A DNA stretch of 20,000 nucleotides, taken from the IMG/VR virus record IMGVR_UViG_3300008255_000131; one strand, 5' to 3'. Below the pieces are notes generated by a model. The model saw only the letters and a program-made list of their open reading frames with translations, was not told the DNA's origin and made no database searches. Source of the DNA: an uncultured virus (IMG/VR IMGVR_UViG_3300008255_000131) (Duplodnaviria; Heunggongvirae; Uroviricota; Caudoviricetes). The translations under genes and the position numbers were made by a program. This document shows, in pieces, positions 8,048-15,245 of the stretch; positions within the stretch are counted from its first letter, which is position 1; the number at the start of each line of letters is the position of its first letter.

Positions 8048-8428
8048 TTATTCCCAGCTTTCTTTATTATAAGCCTCCCATGGAACAGAACCGCTTAAAG
8101 TTTCTTCAAAATCTTTAATTTCTTCGTAAGGAGCTTCTTCCTCTTCGTATTTTGTAATAGCAGATCTTGAAGCTATAGCTTTTACTTTGATTTGCTGAAT
8201 GTCATTGACGACACCAGGGAAGTAAAAGTCGCTATCATTGATAAAAGATAAATCTGCCACCTCATCTTCGCAGATGATAACACGAACTTCCGCTGAAAGT
8301 CCAGCATAATCATCTTCTCGCGTTGAAAAGCAGACAATTACATCATAAATGTAGTATGGACGATATTCGTCAGGTCTTGAAAATAGAAATGTTTCAGTTG
8401 CTAAGTAAAAAATATCGTTGTTATCCAT
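8048..8428 (-). CDS. acidic hypothetical protein (126 aa)
   Basis: AAGGA Shine-Dalgarno upstream; tight spacing. Confidence 0.7.
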   Translation of the reverse strand: MDNNDIFYLATETFLFSRPDEYRPYYIYDVIVCFSTREDDYAGLSAEVRVIICEDEVADLSFINDSDFYFPGVVNDIQQIKVKAIASRSAITKYEEEEAPYEEIKDFEETLSGSVPWEAYNKESWE

Positions 8429-8445
8429 TTTATTCCTTTTTATTT

Positions 8446-8622
8446 TTATTTTATAACAATTTTAAGATCATCGCTGGTAAGCCGCTCAAGATCCTTGGTT
8501 CCTTCGGTAACCGCTTTTCTCCACTCTTCAGATTCTTTCCAAATTTTTTTCAAATCTTCTTCTGTAAGAATTTGTGGTGGCGGCAAGTTTCTTGCTACCT
8601 TGATTGGCCTTGGCTTTTTCAT
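8446..8622 (-). CDS. hypothetical protein (58 aa)
   Basis: Not in the ORF track. MKKPRPIKVARNLPPPQILTEEDLKKIWKESEEWRKAVTEGTKDLERLTSDDLKIVIK. Fills the gap. Confidence 0.6.
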   Translation of the reverse strand: MKKPRPIKVARNLPPPQILTEEDLKKIWKESEEWRKAVTEGTKDLERLTSDDLKIVIK

Positions 8623-8650
8623 TAAAATAGCAACTTAGATGCAGAGCAAT

Positions 8651-9520
8651 TTATTCTTTTCCGAAGACACCTTTTTGAACGTGCTCGTGGATTGATCCCG
8701 CATAAGGACCATTGACACGTCGAGTTCCATCTTCTGGAATGGGTCCCTTACCCTTTGTCCAAGCAAGAATGTCTTCAACGGTAACCCAACCTGAACGATT
8801 ATTATATTGATCGTATGTGTTTAGCCAGAACCAAATTGGAAATACCGTAATATCATCTTTCTTTCCATAATGAAAGCGAGGAGAAAGAGCAAAATATTTA
8901 CAATTGGCATCCTTTAGACGCTTTTCAAGATTGAGCTTTTTTTCAATTTCTTGATATTCAAGATGAAGACGAAGTGACTCTTCGTCAGATCGATGCATTT
9001 CTTGGAGTCCATCCTCTAGACATTCAGAAATGATTGCGAGCACAAGCCCAGCACTTTCAAAAACTCCGCCACCACCAAGCCAGATTGCTGCGTCTCCGGT
9101 AATAAAGGCATCATAAAGGAGTTCAAGGTTTTTTTGATTTTCTTTGGAGTTTGGTGCGTCAGAATAAACTCGGATTGCAAAATCTTCACCAGACCAGGCC
9201 GAGTAAAGTTGTTCTTTTGAAGGAGAGCCACGAAAAGAATAACTTTCAAGTTCTTGGCTATTATTCCAGCCAGAATACCGAGAATAAACAAGCGTCCAAT
9301 GCTTTTTTTCTTTCAAAAGATTGAAATATTCCGAACTTGGAAAAGTTCGTGCTCGCCTACGATTAATTCCAAAAATTCCTTTGTCGCTTGAAATGTTGAA
9401 TGCTCGCTTAATCCCGTCAATTCCCCATTCATGCTCAGCACAAGCCCCAGAACCAAGGCTGAATCCACAAAATTTTCCGTTTTTGTTCTTTAGGGCTTCG
9501 GTTTTGTATCCTCGTTGCAT
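8651..9520 (-). CDS. conserved large-phage hypothetical protein (289 aa)
   Basis: Long ORF with AAGGA SD. Motifs CAEHEWGI, FALSP, WLN..Q....GW.T..D...W..G.GP recalled from large-phage hypotheticals. Confidence 0.8.
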   Translation of the reverse strand: MQRGYKTEALKNKNGKFCGFSLGSGACAEHEWGIDGIKRAFNISSDKGIFGINRRRARTFPSSEYFNLLKEKKHWTLVYSRYSGWNNSQELESYSFRGSPSKEQLYSAWSGEDFAIRVYSDAPNSKENQKNLELLYDAFITGDAAIWLGGGGVFESAGLVLAIISECLEDGLQEMHRSDEESLRLHLEYQEIEKKLNLEKRLKDANCKYFALSPRFHYGKKDDITVFPIWFWLNTYDQYNNRSGWVTVEDILAWTKGKGPIPEDGTRRVNGPYAGSIHEHVQKGVFGKE

Positions 9521-9564
9521 TTTTGTTTCCTTTGGGTTAAAGGTCGAGATTAGACTTCATCTCC

Positions 9565-9592
9565 ACTATAAGCCCTTTCAAATAGGTGTCAA
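9565..9592 (-). promoter_or_regulatory. sigma70-type promoter
   Basis: TTGACA-16-TATAGT, followed by a 7-codon mini-ORF (MKSNLDL) and then SD/ATG 9520. Confidence 0.75.
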
Positions 9593-9602
9593 GTGGCAAG
9601 GA

Positions 9603-10082
9603 TTATCTATTGTACCAGCAAATGTGCGTGGCATCTTTTGGAATTGAGTCTACTGATGAAGGATATATTTTTATGGAAGGATTTATTTTACCATTTTTCA
9701 CAGGGTTTCCATAGCCATCATAATCTATTAATCCCCCTGCTTTTACGTCATTTAAAAATTCTTCTATTGTAAGAAGACAATCATCTTCCGAAACTTCTTC
9801 AGAATAAGGAGACATATTCATTTCAACAATTTTAATAATTTCTTCTTCTTTATATCCTTGTTCTTTTAGAATTCTTTCAAGTTTTGGACTTTTTGATTTA
9901 ATCAGTTCGATATTAATATTTTCTTCACCCCAAATCCCAATAATATTTGAAATATAATCCAAAACATCTCTTGAAGAACGGTTTATTTCTGGATTTGTAG
10001 GATTAAAACCATCTGCTACAATATCTGGATGAGCGCTTACTTTGAAAGCAATTGTCCATATATAATAATTTCTTTTTGCCAT
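9603..10082 (-). CDS. hypothetical protein with C-terminal phage IDYDG...THxxWxN domain
   Basis: TIEEF...GGLIDYDGYG...IYPS...P..ATHICWYNR; TAATG-coupled to the upstream paralog. Confidence 0.7.
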   Translation of the reverse strand: MAKRNYYIWTIAFKVSAHPDIVADGFNPTNPEINRSSRDVLDYISNIIGIWGEENINIELIKSKSPKLERILKEQGYKEEEIIKIVEMNMSPYSEEVSEDDCLLTIEEFLNDVKAGGLIDYDGYGNPVKNGKINPSIKIYPSSVDSIPKDATHICWYNR

Positions 10083-10318
10083 TATTTTTCTATCTTTCTA
10101 AATCTTCTTGGAAAGAATCTATAGTTTACAATCTTAGAATCTTTTTTAATTGTTGTCAGCATGTTTCCAAAAGGTCCATGCTCTTGAGAAATTACTTCAA
10201 AAATTTCCCCTTCTTCTATATTTGTACCATAAATTTCTTTATTATCCATGCATTCGACCAAATCTCCTGGTTTCAGGAGACTTGCTGCCAACTGGTCACA
10301 TATATAATCAAGTTTCAT
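10082..10318 (-). CDS. paralog family member 3
   Basis: MKLDYICDQLAASLLKPGDLVECM...FFPRRFRKI. Confidence 0.85.
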   Translation of the reverse strand: MKLDYICDQLAASLLKPGDLVECMDNKEIYGTNIEEGEIFEVISQEHGPFGNMLTTIKKDSKIVNYRFFPRRFRKIEK

Positions 10319-10550
10319 TGTTTACTTTTCTAAATCTTGTAGAATAAAAACTAGAATTCACAATAGTTTTTCCATTTAATTCCTTAACAAGAAGAGTACC
10401 TGGCATGTAATTTTGTACAATCTCATATAGGTTTCCTTTTGAAAGAAACCCACCCTCACTTAAGTCGCAATCTGGATTCATACATTCAACAATTGTTCCA
10501 GGTATAAAGATTTTATTTGTAACATAATTGCATATATATTGAAGATTCAT
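10308..10550 (-). CDS. paralog family member 4
   Basis: MNLQYICNYVTNKIFIPGTIVECM...FYSTRFRKV. Confidence 0.85.
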   Translation of the reverse strand: MNLQYICNYVTNKIFIPGTIVECMNPDCDLSEGGFLSKGNLYEIVQNYMPGTLLVKELNGKTIVNSSFYSTRFRKVNNET

Positions 10551-10777
10551 TATGAGTCTACTTTTCTAAATCTGGTTGCAGCATAGCTGAAATTTTTAAT
10601 ACCTTCAAGGAATATTTCTATAGGAATATTTCCTACTATTCTATGTTTTGAAATTGTATAAACCTTTCCTTTGACCAAGTTTTTAAGCATGTCTGCTTCA
10701 TTATTCATGCATTCCACAGTATCTCCTGGTTTTAGGACTTTCGCTGCAATGTCATAACATATATCTTGAAGATTCAC
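10550..10777 (-). CDS. paralog family member 5 (GTG start)
   Basis: MNLQDICYDIAAKVLKPGDTVECM...YAATRFRKV; GTGA overlap. Confidence 0.85.
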   Translation of the reverse strand: MNLQDICYDIAAKVLKPGDTVECMNNEADMLKNLVKGKVYTISKHRIVGNIPIEIFLEGIKNFSYAATRFRKVDS

Positions 10778-10983
10778 AGATCTGCTTTCCTGAATCTGGT
10801 TGGAAAAAATGTATTTGGATATCCTTTAATCATAATTCTGTCACTTAAATGGAAAGATTTAATCTTATATAAAACACTTTTTTTCAGAATGTGGGAACGA
10901 TAGTCGGCGTTCATGCACTCTACGATCATCCCAGGCATTAATGCTTTTGCTGCAACTTTATAACATATTTCTTGAAGTTTCAT
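10774..10983 (-). CDS. paralog family member 6
   Basis: MKLQEICYKVAAKALMPGMIVECM...FFPTRFRKADL. Confidence 0.85.
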   Translation of the reverse strand: MKLQEICYKVAAKALMPGMIVECMNADYRSHILKKSVLYKIKSFHLSDRIMIKGYPNTFFPTRFRKADL

Positions 10984-11222
10984 GGGTCAACCTTTCTAAA
11001 TCTACTGGGACTAAAAGTATAGTTGATTTTATAATCTTCTTTTTTAATCTTAAGAAGGCAGTTTCCAAATAGGCCAAGTTCCTGAGATACTATTTTAAAT
11101 ATTTCTCCTTTTTTTATACCTGGGCATCTGTTATTCAAGAATTTGTCATCCATGCATTCAACCTTGACGCCAGGTTTAAGAATGTTGCATATAACCTTTT
11201 CACATATATAATTTAAATTCAT
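10980..11222 (-). CDS. paralog family member 7
   Basis: MNLNYICEKVICNILKPGVKVECM...FSPSRFRKV. Confidence 0.85.
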   Translation of the reverse strand: MNLNYICEKVICNILKPGVKVECMDDKFLNNRCPGIKKGEIFKIVSQELGLFGNCLLKIKKEDYKINYTFSPSRFRKVDP

Positions 11223-11460
11223 AAATCTGCTTTTCTAAATCTTGTTGGGAAAAAACTTCTTTTCATTTCGTTATTATTTAATTCTAATTCCTCAACAAAG
11301 GAACTGTCAAAAACACATGAACCTTTTCTGTGATTTGGTAAATATATCCTTTTTTTAAGACTGATTCATGACCGCAATTGTCCATACATTCGACCATATC
11401 GCCCACCTTAAATGCTTTTGAAGCAATGTTAAGGCAAATATTTCGGAGTGTTTTTTTCAT
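11219..11460 (-). pseudogene. paralog family member 8, frameshifted near 11305-11320
   Basis: Not in the ORF track. MKKTLRNICLNIASKAFKVGDMVECMDNCGHESVLKKGYIYQITEKVHVF, then in the -1 frame DSSFVEELELNNNEMKRSFFPTRFRKADL*. ATGA overlaps at both ends. Confidence 0.8.
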
Positions 11461-12797
11461 TTCATCAAATTCCTAGATACGATCTCTGATAGAATGCGAA
11501 GCTGATTGTTTTCATGCTCATTGTCGCCATCTCCACCGTACTTATGCGCAACTTCATGAACAAGCGTTTGAATCAATTCGGTTTTGTTGGTCAAGACTTT
11601 TCTTGCGATATTGATTTGGAAATCAGAAATACTTTTCTTTGCGCTTCCCTTAATTGTTTCTCCAACAAAATCAACAATTGATACAATGTCTAAACTCAAC
11701 CATTTTTCAACGGATTGAACAAGGCAAAAGGCTTGATTTAGGTTGGTTTTTTCTTCGGCTGTAAGATCAGGCCAACCATAAATTTCTTTAATGATGAGCG
11801 CGGTTTCATTTAGGCGTTCATCAAGTTTTCCTGCATGCTTTTCAATAATATTTTGAACGGCCTTGCTGACAGTTATTCCCTTTTTACCAAAATGCTCAAC
11901 GCGTTGACTGTCTCCAATTGAAGTAACCGGAATGGCAGTTTCTCCATATTTCTTGATGAAGTTTTCCGAGATAAGTTTATGGAAGTTTCCATTATACCCA
12001 TAAAAGGCCGAATATTGAAATGCGCGAGATTCGCCCGAAGCTTCGTTTTCAAGAACAGAAAGAACCTCCTCAACTCCAAAAAGGCTTTTTTCCGTTGCTT
12101 CCATAATAAGGTTCTGGACGGTGCTCTGTAGAACCCAAGGGTTCGCTACTTCACGATCTCGATTAAGTTCAATGTTTAGATTATATCCAAAATTGTAGTT
12201 GTCAGGCATTTGACAAACATAAATGCCTTTGACAAACAAATTGTTTTGATATTTTGGATCCAAAAGAATTGTTCCACTATTCAAAGAAATTCGCTTGTCG
12301 GTTTTGTCTCCAAAAAACAGCAGCCTTTCCTGGTAAGACTTCCAATCTTCTGGCGTTACTCCTTTGACTTCGACAATAAAGTCATTAATGGCTTTTGGCT
12401 GTTGGCGAATGTCAATTACTAAAACTTCCAAGCCGCTATCGTTGGTAACATGCTTGGCAATCCAAGTCTCAGATCCTGTTCGAATCCATACTTCATGTCC
12501 AAAATTGAGCAAAGCGTTGATACCAACGACCAACCCCTCGCCATGCTGACCACGGGCGCTGGCGTCATTGCGCTTGCTGGAGAAGCCAAGAACAAGCGCG
12601 TCACGTGAGAGCGTAACTCCTTCATTCTTTACACGGAGAGCCCAATCCGCGGCCTTCTTATGTTCTACGGTCATATAGTGGCCTTTGTCATGGCCATCAA
12701 GAGCGTTTTGAAGAATCTCACGAATACCTGACCAGGCTGAATTAAACCCGGCAGTCAAGGCATATTCTTTTGCAATGTTTGTTTGGTAAATGGTCAT
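11457..12797 (-). CDS. GHKL (HSP90/MORC-like) ATPase fused to a C-terminal HEXXH zincin-like domain (446 aa)
   Basis: N box REILQNALD, G1-like VKNEG, G2 GFSSK..RGQHGEGL..G; C-terminal LVHEVAHKYGGDGDNEH. Confidence 0.85.
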   Translation of the reverse strand: MTIYQTNIAKEYALTAGFNSAWSGIREILQNALDGHDKGHYMTVEHKKAADWALRVKNEGVTLSRDALVLGFSSKRNDASARGQHGEGLVVGINALLNFGHEVWIRTGSETWIAKHVTNDSGLEVLVIDIRQQPKAINDFIVEVKGVTPEDWKSYQERLLFFGDKTDKRISLNSGTILLDPKYQNNLFVKGIYVCQMPDNYNFGYNLNIELNRDREVANPWVLQSTVQNLIMEATEKSLFGVEEVLSVLENEASGESRAFQYSAFYGYNGNFHKLISENFIKKYGETAIPVTSIGDSQRVEHFGKKGITVSKAVQNIIEKHAGKLDERLNETALIIKEIYGWPDLTAEEKTNLNQAFCLVQSVEKWLSLDIVSIVDFVGETIKGSAKKSISDFQINIARKVLTNKTELIQTLVHEVAHKYGGDGDNEHENNQLRILSEIVSRNLMK

Positions 12798-12806
12798 TAC
12801 AAAGGG

Positions 12807-12835
12807 AGGCTAGCATGAAGAGATAGCTTATGCAA
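12807..12835 (-). promoter_or_regulatory. sigma70-type promoter (extended -10)
   Basis: TTGCAT-17-TAGCCT with TGn; 9 nt to ATG 12797; no SD. Confidence 0.5.
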
Positions 12836-12841
12836 GCTTTT

Positions 12842-13081
12842 TTATTCGCAGAATTTTTTAAATTTTGAAAGTCCAAGGGGCAGAAGCTCGATCTCCTGAT
12901 TATTTAAATCGGCTTTAATAAGAACTGTGCCAATGTCCCCAATAGCCCTGAAAGATTTAGCTCTGAATAAATTTCCTATTTTAAAAAGTCCAAGATTAGA
13001 TCTTTCTATGCATTGAATAATTGTTCCTGGTTCTTTCAATGCATTAAAATGGAGTTTGTCGCATATATTTTGTAATTTCAT
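12842..13081 (-). CDS. paralog family member 9
   Basis: MKLQNICDKLHFNALKEPGTIIQCI...SKFKKF. Confidence 0.8.
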   Translation of the reverse strand: MKLQNICDKLHFNALKEPGTIIQCIERSNLGLFKIGNLFRAKSFRAIGDIGTVLIKADLNNQEIELLPLGLSKFKKFCE

Positions 13082-13082
13082 T

Positions 13083-13274
13083 TTAATATTTTTCCAATTT
13101 CATAAAATTAGAAACACCTTCTTCTTTGAATATTTGAAGAGTCTCAGTGAGAAACCTCGTATTATCGTCAGAAGAAGTAACTTCATAAATTTCTCCAATT
13201 CCAACATTGAATAACAGTCCAAGAGCTTTCAATGCGTTGAAGTGCAAATTGTCACATATTTCTTGAAGTTTCAT
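13083..13274 (-). pseudogene. paralog family member 10, degenerate (local frameshift plus deletion, divergent C-terminus)
   Basis: MKLQEICDNLHFNALK is intact. The family motif TVIQC is present out of frame (ACT GTT ATT CAA TGT), and there is no RFxK end. Confidence 0.65.
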
Positions 13275-13509
13275 ATGTTTGTTTCTTGCAATAAATTAAA
13301 AGAGCAGATTCTTCACTTTTTGCTCGAATTCGAAGCCATTCGTTCCATTCCAAAAGTTCAAGCATTTTATTTAGCTTCCTCGCGCCAGGATCCTCAATAA
13401 CGCAAAAGTCTTCATTGCAAAGATGAAAAACAATGTAATTGCTTCCTTCTGCAATCATTTGATCGTGTTCTGCGCCGGATAGTCCCGTGAAAAATGGTTG
13501 CTCGTCCAT
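13252..13509 (-). CDS. hypothetical protein (85 aa)
   Basis: ORF starting 6 nt after a -10 box. Confidence 0.65.
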   Translation of the reverse strand: MDEQPFFTGLSGAEHDQMIAEGSNYIVFHLCNEDFCVIEDPGARKLNKMLELLEWNEWLRIRAKSEESALLIYCKKQTYETSRNM

Positions 13510-13515
13510 TATGTA

Positions 13516-13544
13516 AGCTTAATCACCTGAAGACTGGTTGTCAA
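13516..13544 (-). promoter_or_regulatory. sigma70-type promoter, leaderless
   Basis: TTGACA-17-TAAGCT-6 nt-ATG(13509). Confidence 0.75.
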
Positions 13545-13753
13545 CCTACTTTTTTAAATCTCGTTGGAATAAAACTAAATCCTCCAAATCCTTTTATAAA
13601 GATTTCTTTAGCGGTAGAATTTTTTGATGTAATTTCATAAAAATCACCTTCTTTTATGGTAGATGCAGAAAATTTGGAAAATATACACTCTACTACATCT
13701 CCTGGTTTTAGCGCGTCAAATGCGATATTCTGACATATTTCAGAAAGTTTCAT
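13541..13753 (-). CDS. paralog family member 11
   Basis: MKLSEICQNIAFDALKPGDVVECI...FIPTRFKKV. Confidence 0.85.
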   Translation of the reverse strand: MKLSEICQNIAFDALKPGDVVECIFSKFSASTIKEGDFYEITSKNSTAKEIFIKGFGGFSFIPTRFKKVG

Positions 13754-13986
13754 TTTTGTCCTCGTGTTGCAATTTTAAATCTTTCAGCAAAAAATCCGCC
13801 ATGAAACTTTGTGCCGTCTTCACATTTTATTTCTAAATATTTGCCGGCACTGTTTTTTATTTCTCCCAAAACTTCATAAATTTTTCCTTTGTCAAAAGAA
13901 AAATAATCCTCGACACTCTCAATCAATAATCCGGGCTTGCTCAATGCATTATGATGCAATGAATCGCATATTTGTTGAAGTTTCAT
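13750..13986 (-). CDS. paralog family member 12
   Basis: MKLQQICDSLHHNALSKPGLLIESV...FFAERFKIA. Confidence 0.85.
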   Translation of the reverse strand: MKLQQICDSLHHNALSKPGLLIESVEDYFSFDKGKIYEVLGEIKNSAGKYLEIKCEDGTKFHGGFFAERFKIATRGQK

Positions 13987-14213
13987 TTGTCGCCTGCTAT
14001 TTTAAATCTTGAAGGGAAAAATCCACCAAAATGCCCCCAACCAATCTCATTTTTGTTTTTTAAATATATAAATGTATTGTTTGAAAAGGCAACTTCGTAA
14101 ACCTTATTCTTTTCTAAAGAATTAGCAAATGGGTCGATGCACTCAACCAAAGTCCCGGATTTCGATATTGTATTAATATGTAGTTTGTGACATATACCAA
14201 ATAAACTTGCCAT
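13983..14213 (-). CDS. paralog family member 13
   Basis: Start corrected to ATG 14213: MASLFGICHKLHINTISKSGTLVECI...FFPSRFKIA. Confidence 0.8.
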   Translation of the reverse strand: MASLFGICHKLHINTISKSGTLVECIDPFANSLEKNKVYEVAFSNNTFIYLKNKNEIGWGHFGGFFPSRFKIAGDK

Positions 14214-14220
14214 ACAAGAT

Positions 14221-14249
14221 ATAATGCCATAAAAAGAGACAGGTGTCAA
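14221..14249 (-). promoter_or_regulatory. sigma70-type promoter, leaderless
   Basis: TTGACA-17-CATTAT (TGn extended)-7 nt-ATG(14213). Confidence 0.55.
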
Positions 14250-14250
14250 G

Positions 14251-14292
14251 AAAAATGCCCGCCAATAGGGCACGAATGCCGAAGGGCGGGCA
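14251..14292 (-). terminator. intrinsic terminator-like hairpin with internal loop
   Basis: TGCCCGCC-cttc-GGCA-TTCG-TGCC-ctatt-GGCGGGCA-TTTTT. Confidence 0.6.
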
Positions 14293-14410
14293 GGATTGAT
14301 CTTTTTCAAGATCGATGGCCAAATTTGGCCGGATTAAACATTTGCTGGTTCTGGAGCTTCTTAAATATTTTCAAAAACTAGAAAATCTGAAGACAATGCA
14401 TAAATATTGA

Positions 14411-14542
14411 TTAGTATTTTGGAGAACCCAAAGCTCCCAAAGCTGCAAGAAAATAAATGGCTCTCAAACGACTAGAATTCTTTCCAAGTGAGCGTTGCTC
14501 CCTCTTTTTTTCTTCTTCTTCCACCTTCTTTTCAGGAGTCAT
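14411..14542 (-). CDS. microprotein (43 aa) with hydrophobic C-terminus
   Basis: Not in the ORF track. MTPEKKVEEEEKKREQRSLGKNSSRLRAIYFLAALGALGSPKY; ATGA-coupled to the upstream gene. Confidence 0.5.
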   Translation of the reverse strand: MTPEKKVEEEEKKREQRSLGKNSSRLRAIYFLAALGALGSPKY

Positions 14543-14706
14543 TTGTTCAAATTTTTTTCAAGAGCAATTTTCTCTTTTTCGATGCAAGAATGACAACGCC
14601 ACCCTTTTGATTCTCGCTTCCATCCCTGGCCAAGCGCAACATTTCCGCGACTTGGGCCGTTGGATTCGCATTTGTGGCATTTGGCTGGAATCTTTGACTG
14701 TCCCAT
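14539..14706 (-). CDS. Zn-ribbon microprotein (55 aa)
   Basis: Not in the ORF track. MGQSKIPAKCHKCESNGPSRGNVALGQGWKRESKGWRCHSCIEKEKIALEKNLNK (CxxC...GW...W.CxxC). ATG lies 6 nt after a perfect TATAAT. Confidence 0.75.
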   Translation of the reverse strand: MGQSKIPAKCHKCESNGPSRGNVALGQGWKRESKGWRCHSCIEKEKIALEKNLNK

Positions 14707-14712
14707 GAATGC

Positions 14713-14740
14713 ATTATAGCCATGTTCCCGTTGCTGTCAA
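14713..14740 (-). promoter_or_regulatory. perfect-consensus sigma70 promoter, leaderless
   Basis: TTGACA-16-TATAAT-6 nt-ATG(14706). Confidence 0.85.
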
Positions 14741-14769
14741 GTTCAAAAGCCAAGATTGAGACCGATTAA

Positions 14770-15003
14770 TTATCCTTGAGCTATTCTAAATCTTGTTGCT
14801 TTAAAACGTCTTCTTTCGCCACAATCATTCCTGACTACAATGCAACCTGTTGGTTTATCCTTTCCAATAACCTTGTAGAATTTTCCTTCACTAATCGTTT
14901 TAGATGGATAAGAATCTTTGTTGTTCATACATTCAACAATCGTCTCGTCTTCACCAAGATGATCAGACGCAATTTTTTCACATATTTCAAATAGATATCT
15001 CAT
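14770..15003 (-). CDS. paralog family member 14
   Basis: MRYLFEICEKIASDHLGEDETIVECM...EGKFYKV...FKATRFRIA. Confidence 0.85.
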   Translation of the reverse strand: MRYLFEICEKIASDHLGEDETIVECMNNKDSYPSKTISEGKFYKVIGKDKPTGCIVVRNDCGERRRFKATRFRIAQG

Positions 15004-15008
15004 AAGCT

Positions 15009-15203
15009 CTAAACCTTGAGAAAAACATGGATTATGTTCAAAACTATGCTTGTCATTGTAAATAATATAATCCCTAAAACCATTGATACTCTGGCTACAA
15101 AAGGAAATCCCTTTGCACCAGGCTTCAAATTAAAGGCAGAAATTGCTATAAGCATTGAACAAGCACAGATCATTAATAAAGTTGCCCATGTGATAAGTCC
15201 CAT
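15009..15203 (-). CDS. small two-TM membrane protein (64 aa)
   Basis: Two hydrophobic helices separated by KPGAKG. Confidence 0.7.
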   Translation of the reverse strand: MGLITWATLLMICACSMLIAISAFNLKPGAKGFPFVARVSMVLGIILFTMTSIVLNIIHVFLKV

Positions 15204-15211
15204 ACAAAACC

Positions 15212-15240
15212 ATGGTAGACAATTTTGGCTTGCATTGCAA
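15212..15240 (-). promoter_or_regulatory. sigma70-type promoter, near-leaderless
   Basis: TTGCAA-17-TACCAT-8 nt-ATG(15203). Confidence 0.55.
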
Positions 15241-15245
15241 GAAGA

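Noticed and set aside
11281..11290. Stop-codon reassignment (TAG/TGA readthrough) as an explanation for the short and broken ORFs
   Set aside because: The broken genes continue in other frames, not through the stop (TAG AAT TAA here). TAG, TGA and TAA all end paralogs right after the conserved RFxK motif, and there is no suppressor tRNA.
11457..12797. Calling the GHKL protein rIIA, MutL, gyrase B or HtpG
   Set aside because: Only the ATPase boxes match; the length and C-terminal HEXXH domain fit none of these, and no rIIB follows.
14547..14753. Track ORF of 68 aa
   Set aside because: It spans the promoter; the overlapping frame starting at ATG 14706 has the leaderless geometry and a clear Zn-ribbon motif.
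10300..14800. Recurring TTTCTAAATCT-like DNA motif as a CRISPR or other repeat array
   Set aside because: It is the reverse complement of the codons for the family's RFRK motif; spacing equals gene length and copies differ at synonymous positions.
5012..15003. Diversity-generating retroelement behind the paralog diversity
   Set aside because: There is no reverse transcriptase in the window and I saw no near-identical TR/VR pair differing only at adenines.
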